Part shown: positions 1 to 9,977 of the stretch, piece after piece
Layout: the number at the start of each line of letters is the position of its first letter
How positions within the stretch are numbered: position 1 is the first letter of the stretch
Assembly: GCA_029953675.1 (NCBI GenBank)
Contig: JAMWBK010000003.1
Span: forward strand, 2,604,001 to 2,668,000
Direction of reading: 5' to 3'
Source of the DNA: Rhodosorus marinus CCMP1338
Taxonomy: Eukaryota > Plantae > Rhodophyta
Length of the DNA: 64,000 bases
Notes under the pieces: generated by a model
Seen by the model: the letters and a program-made list of their open reading frames with translations, nothing else
Told to the model about the DNA's origin: nothing
Databases searched by the model: none
Position numbers and translations under genes: made by a program

Positions 1-854
1 AAGTCCTATTGGCGCTGGAGCACATTCACAAGCTCGGGTTTATTTACAGAGATTTAAAGCCGGAAAACATTCTGCTGGACGGAAACGGGCACGTAAGGCT
101 GGCCGACTTTGGCCTCTGTAAGCACTTCAAGGAGCCGCTGCGGCTTGCAAGAACTGGGACGATCTGTGGCACTCATTCCTATGTTGCTCCGGAAATGTTG
201 ACGGAGAACTATGGCGATTCAATTGACGCGTGGGCAATGGGAGTTTTCTTGTACAACATTGTTGTTGGTCAGCCACCTTTCGTAGCAACCAACCTTACCG
301 AGGTTGAAGAAAACCTGAAGGCCGATGAGGAGATAACTTTCTACGACTCGATTATGTCCGAAAAGCTTATTGACTTTATTTCCGGGTGCGCTATATTTCC
401 CATCTCATTACGGTAACAGGGCTAGATGCAGTACACGTGTTAGTGCATCAGGTATCTCAACAGGGCGATTTTTTTTTTCGTACTGTGTATGTTATTTTGG
501 GCCTACAGACTTCTTGACAAGAAATCCTCCACGCGCTTGGGTTGCAAGGAATCCAGTCTCGCGGAGCTGAAGGAGCACGAATTCTTGGTGGACCTGAACT
601 GGAACGATGTCCTCCAGAAGACGCAGCCCACCGAAGGGCGGCTGAGAATCAAGCAATCGAAGACGGGTGAGGGGAATTCGGATCAGGGTCTCTTAAGAAA
701 CTTCGAGCCCTCCGAGTGGAGGCACGTAAAGCTGGATCCTGAGGCCCCAGATCCAACGTACGGAAGACTATGGCCTCCCTTGGGCGGGCGGGAGCTTTCC
801 GAGATGGACAACAACCTCCTTTTGGGGTTCGAATTCTCGTCGGCATCTGCATAG
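1..854 (+). CDS. AGC-family Ser/Thr kinase (S6K/RSK/PKB-like), 3' part; intron 386-508; 5' end lies outside the window
   Basis: [30 protein letters not shown] and DAWAMG kinase motifs. A GT..AG intron joins FISG to LLDK. The AGC C-tail ends in the hydrophobic motif LLGFEFSS. Confidence 0.9.
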
Positions 855-975
855 CCTCCCACCACAGGGCCCGACGAGCACTCGCGATACAGAATTTTGT
901 GGAAGCCAGTTTATTGGATTCCAGGAATAGATTATTTTCAATACCTTCAGCATACTGACCATATCTACAAGTGAT

Positions 976-3560
976 CTAAATCTGCGGACCCGCAGATGCT
1001 ACCTTTGAATCGAGGTCCGCCGGTTGAAGCAGCTGTGTATACAGGTTGTTATTCTTCAGCAGTTCCACGGCCTGACAGGTGTACAGGAATCACAGACGCA
1101 AGCAAATCAAAATGGCAAAGAGAGAAGCACGGCTTTTGATTAGATCCAGGATGTTGTGTATGTCCTCAAACATAAGTACTTAAAAGTAATAAAATCGTAT
1201 TCGTGTGAATCGAGGCAAGGTGTGTTTTGTCTTCTTTGAGGACTTCTCGCATACCTTGAGCACTTGCGCATCAGTCTTCGCTTCAGCAACCAGGCGAACT
1301 GACTCCGCTTGCGTCCTAGACCTTATCGAGTGTTCGAGCCTCCTACGTATTTCCGTTCCATGTCTCACAAAATCTAGTTTCATCTCCGCAGATATTGTGC
1401 TCCGTAATTGGTTCATGTGACCTCCGTCCGAGTAGCCTTCCTCTTTGAGATACTTTTCCAGCGACTCCAGTCCCAAATCTACTCGAGATTTGTACTTGAA
1501 GTCGCTATCGTCGACGAATTTTACAAAGTCCTTGTAAATGGTGTTTGTAACTACAAAATTGTCGGGCAAAGGAGCATGCAGCTATAGCAGTAGAGCAACC
1601 AGGTGCAACAAGAGAAAAAAAAAAAGGCTCGCGTACGTCAGCTCTTCATGAAAGGTCTATTGATAGAGGCCGACGGACAAGAATCGGCGAGAAAAGGAAT
1701 CCGCTACTTACATTGGCGGCATAGTCATTTGCAAAGTAGAAGAACAGCCCCTTCTCAATCAGTGATGCCTCGAGTTCACTTAGTTGTGAGGCAGGGGCCA
1801 CAAAGTCAACATCAATTCCCCCACCGTCTTTGACAGATCGACCGTGAAGTGTACGAAACTCCTGCGAATCAAGGGGAATACAATGAGCTTTCCGCTCCTA
1901 CATTGCAGAGAATTCATCCCCTCAACGGCAACGCCGAAAACAACTTACCAGTCTGTCCGCGTCCAACCTTTCCTTGGCCACGAGCGTACCGTTATCTGAC
2001 GAATAGTTTAGGGCCTGGATACACCGCCCGCTGGGCGTGTAGTACCGTCCAACGGTGTACCTTAAAGCTGTTCTGTAAGGAAGACTCTGAATGTTCTGAA
2101 TAAGGCCTTTTCCGAACGTCTTCGTCCCAATCACAAGACCGACATCGAGATCCTGTACGGCTCCCGCGACGATCTCAGCCGCCGAGGCTGTCTGTCCATT
2201 TACTAGAATAGCAAGTTTGACGTTTTCTACGTAGAAATAGAAGAAGGTCAGGTCAGTTTTGCTTCGGATCAGGAAAAAAAAAAGGGCGAGAAAGCAACTC
2301 ATGAAATGCACAACGAGGCTATCTGATTGTATGCGGGTAGCATCGAAGTGGACGTCAAGGATTCAAAAGCTCCGACAAGAGCTTTGCAAAAAAAAAAAAA
2401 AATCTCGAATTGTGTACGAGTCGAAGCTCACCAGGGAGCGCCGGTTGCCTTGAGCTTGTATAGGTCTCCGTGTCAGAAACCTCACGGCCTTTGGTTGTGA
2501 CGATCAGGGAGTCCTTTGGAACGAGTGTTTCAGCAACCTCGACTGCAGAATTTAGGAGCCCTCCCGGGTTTCCTCTCAGGTCCAGCACAAGACCCGTCAA
2601 CTTGGTCTCGTTCGAGACCTTGGCGATAGCTCTACGAAGCTCCGAGGCCGCGTCCTTGGCGAACGACTGGAGTTTGATGTACCCAATTCCATCCCTTGCA
2701 TCTACGATTGTCGCGACAGGAACGTCACGTATGCTGACAAACCTTCTGTCAAGCTTGAACGTGATCCCAGAGCTTGTACCCTGCCGAGATACTTCGAGAT
2801 TGACGGATGTCCCAGGTGGACCTCGTAGCATGTTAGTAACTTCTTCGATGTTGCGTCCTCTGACGTCTACGTCATTCACGCGGTCAATATAGTCCCCGGG
2901 CCTCACTCCCTCGTCGAATGCGTATCCTTCGAACGCGGACATTACAACAAGGCGGTCCGGATCCCGCAAATCTTGAGCCAGGCCAAGACCAACCCCTCCG
3001 TATTTACCGTTGGCTTTTACGTTCATCTCTCTCGCTTGAAGATTGTTCTCAAACTGTGTGTACGGATCCAATGAGCTCAGCATGGCTTGCATGCCCGTTT
3101 CAAACAGCTTTTCTTCATCCACCGGTTCTACATAGTTGCTCGTTATATCCTGGAAAATAATGTCAAAGAGTGCGACTTTTTCACGCACGGATTCTCCAAC
3201 AGCCGCCCCATCTGGTACGAGCAGAATGGCCCCTGTAAGGAGCAGACCGGAAACCAGACCAGAGAAGAACAAAACCGGGCCCTTTGTGCAGAATTTGGTG
3301 ACCGCGATCCCCACAGACTTCAGAAACGATAGCGCTATTCCAACAGCCTGCTGCAAGCGGCTTTTCTTGCCTTCTCTTCCGTCCGCTTTCTCCTCATCCC
3401 GCCCGTCTGCCCGGGGATCACAATTCAATATGACCAGTGAGGGTTTCCCTTGTTCACTTTTCCCCCTAGGGCAATGCCGAGGTCGTCGTCCGTTCAAACA
3501 GATGGTCCTACCACTCGCTGTTGCATTTTCAACCGCGTTAACCCCGACCACGAACGCCAT
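976..3560 (-). CDS. ctpA: S41A carboxyl-terminal processing peptidase (CtpA/Prc family) with putative plastid transit peptide; 5 exons (3560-2432, 2226-1949, 1861-1712, 1581-1255, 1071-976)
   Basis: MAFVVG start; SSLDPYT, PDZ region, DLRGNPGGLL, catalytic TASAAEIVAG and TFGKGLIQ, YYTPSGRCIQ, DGGGIDVD. All four introns have canonical GT-AG ends and restore the frame. Confidence 0.9.
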
Positions 3561-5044
3561 CCCAACCTTTACGAGAAGGAAAAGCAAAACTTCAACCCAA
3601 GCCCAAAGAAAAGGGAAGCTACGCTCCACCCGCCTCTCCAAGAAACAAGAAAATTCCGTTCCAATTCCTGCTCTACTCTGTCATCATGCTTTTACTAAAC
3701 CTCCCCGGTCACCCAACGCATCAAAAGAAACAAACACCCTCTCTCCTCACGCCACAAAGCTCAAAACCCTTCCGCCAAATCCCACCCACCTTCCCCTCTC
3801 CCCCCCTCGCAGAAACCCAGCCAAGCCAGGACAATCACATCCAGAACAATCAATTCCTCCCTCTACCCTTCCCCCCCCCCAAACACCCCCGCCAACCCTC
3901 CTCAAACCCTCCTTCCCCTCCAGTAACTCTCTAGAAAACTCCCACACTTTCTAAAACCCATCACGATCCATTCAAAATCGCCATTTTCTCCACTAGAACC
4001 TCACATTTTACCCTAAAAGCGAATGGATCGATTAGATGAAATGTTTTGGCCCCATCTTCCTCAGCCACAAGAAATTCCCTTTTTCAATCTCATCGCAGTT
4101 TTGCCTTTCGGAGATGACATCGTATCAAAAATAAACACCAAACATGAAAAAAGTGGGTCACAACCGAACAATATAGAAAAATCCTTGACCATTAAATAAC
4201 ATATGAAAAGTCTTATATTTGACGAAGAAACGGCGAGATATTGACTTATTATATATATATATACAAGAAGTGATAATTTTTGTCAACATATTTAATAAAT
4301 TCAGCACTGTTTATCGTATTTTATGATGCGGGGAAAACAGCGGTGAGGGGGTGAGACGTCTAGATCCCGAACATTGAGGGATCTGCGTTTTTTTTGTGGG
4401 GGAGGGGAGGGGGTGGTTGGTTTTTCTTCACCTTTTACAACTTTTATTTTTGGTGGTTCAGATCTAGACGCCGTTTAGGAGCCGGTAAGTGGGTGTCCCA
4501 CACGGACGAAATCACTCTTATGATGAGGTTCTGACTTGAACGACGCTGACCTGCGGATTTCTGCTGTGGTAAAGACTTTCGTTTCCCTTCGGATTGAAAG
4601 GACTGTGTGGCGAGGGGATAGTCGCATATTCGGCTGAAAATCCATCCCACGCCCCCCCCGGCCGGGGCTTTTCACTTTTTGCGAAAATCATCTCAATGGT
4701 TCAGATCCATGCATTGTGGTGATGCTTTTGGTGCGCGACAGCAAAGTCGCTTTTTGATGACGCTCTAACTTAACGCTGAACTGCAGGTGTCGGCGATAGA
4801 ACCCCAGCTTCGCTCCTTTGTGATTGAATCGTCTACGCTCGTGGATCGTGAGGGTGAGCCGCCATCGCTGCGGGCTGCTTCCCTGGAGGAGCGCGGGCTC
4901 CTCCACTGGACAACACAACCCAATTGCTTGATTTGGTCGAGCAATGCTGCATTGTTTCTTAAGTCTTTCGGGGTCGCTTGTCCTGGGTGTCCTCGTTCGC
5001 ACTTCTCTCCGTTTGCTGGATAGTTGGCGGTCTAGAGAGAGTTG

Positions 5045-5223
5045 GGAACGTAGGTCTCGAATCCGCGTCTAAAGGTCAATCTCTCTTTTTGGTTCTGAGA
5101 GTGATCCACCCGTTGCTTCTCCATAAGGTCCGGTCCAATCAACTAGAGTGCGTGCGGAACGTACGCTTGCAATCCGCATCTAAGGTTCAATCCGGGATCC
5201 ATCCGTTACCTCTCCATAAGGTC
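5045..5223. repeat. Imperfect two-copy tandem duplication (ggaacgta...ccataaggtc), spacing 111 bp at the start and 93 bp at the end
   Basis: Direct comparison of 5045-5130 with 5156-5223; copy 1 carries an insertion of about 18 bp. Confidence 0.7.
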
Positions 5224-5436
5224 AGGCTCAGTGAAGCAGTCACGCGGGGCATTTCGCATGGACTGGGGTCCCAGGTGCCTGGTAGTGCCTGGTACTCTTC
5301 TTGAAGGATTTCATGGTTTCGCGGGCGATCCTTGATACCTCAAAAGACTGGGATTCACTCTCCTCTGGCCAGTTGGCTCTGAGTAAAAACGATTCGCTCA
5401 TCCTGTTGAATATGCTGATCGAGTATGACGAAAATG

Positions 5437-5872
5437 AATTGGACCGGAAGCATCCAAGCATCCAATTACACACACAAGTGGGAAGAGAGGGAATTGGATC
5501 TCATCCCGTTTAAGGGTCGAACGGTCCTAAAGTGGGAAGAGTGCGTATTGGATCTGGGGAATGAACACTCACCTAGAACATGGGGACCTGAAATAGTATC
5601 ATCAGAGGTAGCAGGTGTTCTTGATAGGCCTATATTGCATAGCGTAGTATGAAATCGTATCCGATATCGTGGATGCTATTTTTGGTTGTGTTCTTAACGA
5701 CACATCGAAGGGTAACCTAGATCTAGATTTAGACTTAGGTTAGCATAATATCGAAGACTAGCTTCGGTATTTAAACGGGAGTTGAACGTGGTAGTAGAAG
5801 GGTAACTTGAAGTAAAGATGACGAAGGTCCAAGGTTCTCCAGGAAGACATCGGTCTGAACTTTGCGGCAACA
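5437..5872 (+). mobile_element. 5' LTR of a Ty1/copia retrotransposon (about 435 bp)
   Basis: 5439-5665 is about 96% identical to the reverse complement of 9738-9964, which follows a PPT. It ends in CAACA just before a PBS and gag. Confidence 0.85.
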
Positions 5873-5875
5873 ATT

Positions 5876-5889
5876 GGGTTATGAGCCCA
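5876..5889 (+). other. Primer-binding site GGGTTATGAGCCCA, complementary to the anticodon stem-loop of initiator tRNA-Met (half-tRNA priming)
   Basis: Complementary to GGGCUCAUAACCC of tRNA-iMet. Same PBS type as yeast Ty5 and Drosophila copia. Lies between the LTR end and the gag ATG at 5913. Confidence 0.85.
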
Positions 5890-5912
5890 TAGATCAAGAC
5901 TAGGATACCAAG

Positions 5913-7049
5913 ATGATTTCTGATGAACGGCAGTTGATTCCAAAGCTGACCGAGGTAAACTATCCGGAATGGGCTTTCCGGATAAAGAGGGCTGCGGAAG
6001 AAGCGAGGTACAGCGGTCCTGTAGGCTCTGACAAAAAGAGAAGAGCACGGCGCTGGTACGGAGAGCAGTGATTCAGCATTAAATTTGATGGTCGAGTCGA
6101 TGGGGACTCAGTATATCGACTGCGCGATGAGATGCGACGACCACGCATGGAAAATATGGACGGAATTAGAAAAGGTTCTCAGATCCACAAGGGTTGAGAA
6201 CAAATTCCGCCTTCTCGATTCTTCAGTTCTTTCGAAATGGATCCCGAGTTGGGGATGAGAGAAAACATCAAGTTCAACCGCATCAGAATGGAGCTGAAGC
6301 TTCTTGGGGACGATGTCAACGATACACACGCGATGTATCGTTTGCTGAAAAGTCTCCCGACGGATTACGCAATTTTTGCGAACATCCAACAAAACCAGAA
6401 GGAGAGTCCATCACTCGCTGTGGTCATAGAAAAGCTTCTTGCAGAGGAGCAAAGCAGAGCACATCGAAAAGGAGACATCGATAGGAAGCCCGAGGTGACG
6501 GCTACGTCAGCGAACAGAGTCGCAAGAAAATCCGGTAAATGTCACTACTGCGGGAAGACAGGGCATCGGAAGAATGAGTGTCGGACGAGGCACCGGGACA
6601 ATGTGGCAAAACGGGGTCAAAGAGAAGCAATGACCGCCGAAGGCCGGGGATCGCTAAAGATCCCCGGGGGGGTTAGCGAGCTGGTTGGTAGACTCCGGGG
6701 CGAGTCACCACATGACCCCAGAAAGGGATTATTTCACGAAGCTGAATAAAATTGAACCACTGAGCATCCGCACAGCAAATGGTGCTGAATACACGGCGTT
6801 TAAGAGGCAGGTTCAGTCCGCGTAAAGATGATGGGGGTCGAGTACGAGATCCAGAACGTGCTCTACGCTCCATGGGCAACGGGCAATATCTTGTTGGTAA
6901 CGGTACTGACGAAGAAGGAATATGTGGTTCGGTTTAATCCAAATATTGAGATTTACAGAGCACGCGATAACTGTTTAGTTGCACGAGGGACCCCTGACGG
7001 ACGAATCAGAGTTCAGGATGTCTCGGAAAATAGTTACGGCTATGTAACC
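5913..7049 (+). pseudogene. Copia gag-protease, frameshifted and truncated after the protease
   Basis: IPKLTEVNYPEWAFRIK gag N-terminus, LLKSLPTDY, CCHC knuckle CHYCGKTGHRKNEC, aspartic protease WLVDSGASHHMT. Several frameshifts are present. Confidence 0.9.
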
Positions 7050-9247
7050 GTAAACTTTACTGGGCAGCTGCCTACTGCAGCGTATCACTAGTGCTACTAC
7101 TATGTAGGGAAAAGCTTACGTTAACCCCGCTACCGGGGTCTCATGCTACGTTCGAAAGAAAAAACAGGGACCAGTGGATTCGCCAACTGGTCCACTCGGA
7201 GAGCGCCTATCGCTGTCTCCGCGTTCCCCTGCCATAATTTCCGGTTGATCTGCGATCTTACATCGCTCTGTTCTAGGCTCCGGTGCAACAAATGCTTGCA
7301 GCTGTCGCGCAGAAACTCCTGTGCCATCTGTCCCGTCCGCCCAAATGTTTCTATTGCAATTGGGATGAACTTGTCATCCGGGTGTTCTATCGTCATCGCC
7401 TCCTTGTAGTGCGCTTTCTTCCACCTCTCTGCACATCTTGCTGCATATCCGTTCTCCCCCTCACTACGCCTCAGATACTTCCCTTGCAGAGGAGACACAA
7501 CCGTCACGTCCAGCGCATACCGTTGAAATGTCCTCGGATGCGTAGCAATGATGTCTGGCCGTAGCCCGTAGTTTTCAAAGTACCTCTCTGGCTCCTGCTC
7601 GATGTCCAGAAAGTTCCACCTGTTCAGCCACCTTGCGATCTCTGTGCATATCTCGTCATGCCTACGTTGCCAGAGGCCAGTCGACGCGGGGCAATGATGA
7701 AAGCGTTGTACTCCGTTTGCACCGTGTTTACCACTGCATCGAGTACACTTTTCCGTCGTCCGCAGCCCCGGAATCGGTAGCCCCAGTAGTTGTAGGATAT
7801 TCACGTGCATTTCCGTCGAGCTCAGCTTTTTCGGCTCCAACGTCGGCAGTTCTCGCAACCAGACTCCCGATCCAGAACCCGCCGCGGGCCTGATTCGAGC
7901 ACGATGTTCGCCGAAGATGCGCGGATTGTTAACCAGGCGTTGGAACACGGAATGGTGTGCCTCCCGAGAGAGAGCTTGTTGTGTAGAACCATTATTCCAA
8001 TCGCCACAGTCTTCTGGGGCGTCTGCTGGGGGGTTTTCCTTCGTCTGCTGCAGGGTGACAAGTCTTCTGATTCGGGGCGGAGTTTCCGGTCACAGCCTGC
8101 TTTGTATCGCTCGAGCAGATGATCGTATCTGGTCTGTGAGTTGTTCTGTGGACCAGTGTAGTCGTGTCGCGGTGTTCGTAGCGGGAGTTCTGTCTGTATA
8201 GACCTGCCTCTGCAGCTCAGCGATGTAAGGCCAGTCGCTTGGATTGCTTCGAAAGGTATTTGTCCAAGCCGAGTAGTATGCGATAGGCTGGATACGCCGT
8301 CGAGTAGCGAACCCCAATCCCCCCCAAGGGCAAGGCAGCGCAATCCGTTCCCACACGTGTCCTAGGTGCTCATCGTCCTCCATGGCAGAGGTAGCAAGGC
8401 CTCCGAGCAAGGTTTCCAAGTGATATCTGGTCATGGTATCCGCCTCCCGTGCCAGACTGCGTCCGAACGGGTAGGATAAGCATCGTAGAAGATAATCTAG
8501 GCGCGTTTCAGCGCAGTACCTGAACAATGCGACCCGTGCGTTAAGTTCATGTTGCGGTAGCTGTGCTATTTCCTTGATGAGCCTTTCGTGCTTATTTTGA
8601 AGCGCACGGCACTCGTGTTCGATATATTGCCGGTTTCCTAGCGGGGTCGAATGGATAGTGACGCCTTCTCGGGTAACATGTACGCCAGGTATCTCGCGAT
8701 TGATGACTCGCGCCGTCGTCAGGGCTCGGCCGAATAGCGTGCATTTGTTGAGTTGCAGGCGGGCCCCAAGAGCTGGGAGCATAGCTCGGCTCCAGGCTAG
8801 TGCTTGTTTCAATTCCTGCAAGGGTCCCACGATCGTAATACCGTCATGGATAGCGACAATCGTTAGATCGGAGAACTTTGTTCGCAGAGCCTTTAGGATC
8901 GGGGCGAGGGCTAGTGCATGTAGCACCGGCCCAAGAGGGTCACACTGTTGTACTCCCGTAGCTGCTTGGAGCGTCAGTCGTGAGTGCTCCGTTTGGTTCT
9001 CTCCAGGTACAGAGCGCCAGCCGCAAAGCGTTGGCGAGTCCACTGCGTCGCTTCCGTAGCCAAGTCTGTAAACCGTCGCAAACTCCGGAAAGTGCCGGTA
9101 AACGAGTTTCTTGGCGAGGCGTCGATCAATCCTGTTGAATGCATTCTCGAGGTCAAGTCTAAGTACCACCGCGTCTGGTTCACATAACCGATGGGCCTGG
9201 ATCGCGTGAAGTGAGCGTTCGCATCCGCCACTGACTCCGATCCCTAG
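7050..9247 (-). mobile_element. 5'-truncated CRE-clade non-LTR retrotransposon (RT plus restriction-like endonuclease), decayed
   Basis: LGIGVSGGCE, LDLENAFNRIDR, GVQQCDPLGP, AIHDG, WGGLG. After a frameshift come a CxxC..H.C finger, RHD, RPD, DVTVV, KKAHY and PIAIETFG, typical of REL-encoding CRE/R2-group elements. Confidence 0.85.
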
Positions 9248-9453
9248 CCAAATACGAGGGGGTAGACAACACACTGATGGATTGGAACCGCAGATTGGGA
9301 CGTGTTGGGAAGGATGTCCTAAGGAAATGATCAATGCGGGAGTACTTTCCATCAACGGATACTTCGCAGGATGAAGCCTGTGACCTTTGTCAAGCGCCAC
9401 GGATGATGCACAAGACGCATCCATCAGTGTGTTGTCTACCCCCTCGTATTTGG
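9248..9453. mobile_element. MITE-like element, 206 bp, perfect 35-bp terminal inverted repeats
   Basis: 9248-9282 CCAAATACGAGGGGGTAGACAACACACTGATGGAT is the exact reverse complement of 9419-9453. The internal TA-CGAGGG resembles mariner-type termini. Confidence 0.8.
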
Positions 9454-9738
9454 TTACATAGCCGTAACTATTTTCCGGGACGTCCTGAACTCTGATTCGT
9501 CCGTCAGGGGTCCCTCGTGCAACTAAACAGTTATCGCGTGCTCTGTAAATCTCAATATTTGGATTAAACCGAACCGCATATTCCTTCTTCGTCAGTACCC
9601 TTACCGACAAGATATTTCCCGTTGCCCATGGAGCGTAGAGCACGTTCTGGATCTCGTACTCGACCCCCATCATCTTTACGCAGACTGAACCTGCCTCTTC
9701 CGCCATGCATTCAGCACCATTTGCTGTGCGGGTCCTCA
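9452..9738 (-). repeat. Inverted second copy of the copia protease C-terminal segment (matches 6761-7049)
   Basis: About 95% nucleotide identity with one 2-bp indel; both copies translate to GVEYEIQNVLYAPWATGNIL...ENSYGYVT. Confidence 0.95.
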
Positions 9739-9977
9739 TCGGATACGATTTCATACTATACTACGCAATATAGGCCTATCAAGAACACCTGCTACCTCTG
9801 ACGATACTATTTCAGGTCCCCATGATCTAGGTGAGTGTTCAGTCCCCAGATCCAAGGCGCACTCTTCCCACTTGAGGACCGTTCGACCCTTAAACGGGAT
9901 GAGATCCAATTCCCTCTCTTCTCACTTGTGTGTGTAATTGGATGCTTGGATGCTTCCGGTCCAACATCCTCCCCCTC
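9738..9977 (-). mobile_element. Polypurine tract (9967-9977, GAGGGGGAGGA) and truncated 3' LTR (9966-9738) of a minus-strand copia element
   Basis: The PPT is directly followed by TGTTGGACC. Homology to the plus-strand LTR stops after about 228 bp. Confidence 0.9.

Noticed and set aside
3136-3954. Long antisense or low-complexity ORFs (for example 3136-3954, 55939-56652, 60693-61238)
   Set aside because: They are shadows of real genes on the opposite strand or products of C-rich tracts that lack stop codons.
5180-5200. GGTTCAATCC resembling a tRNA T-loop (a similar motif occurs near 31148)
   Set aside because: The T-stem does not pair and there is no D-arm or acceptor stem.
5439-9966. A DIRS-like element with inverted terminal repeats
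   Set aside because: No tyrosine recombinase is present. The inverted repeats are ordinary copia LTR and protease sequence with a PBS and a PPT.
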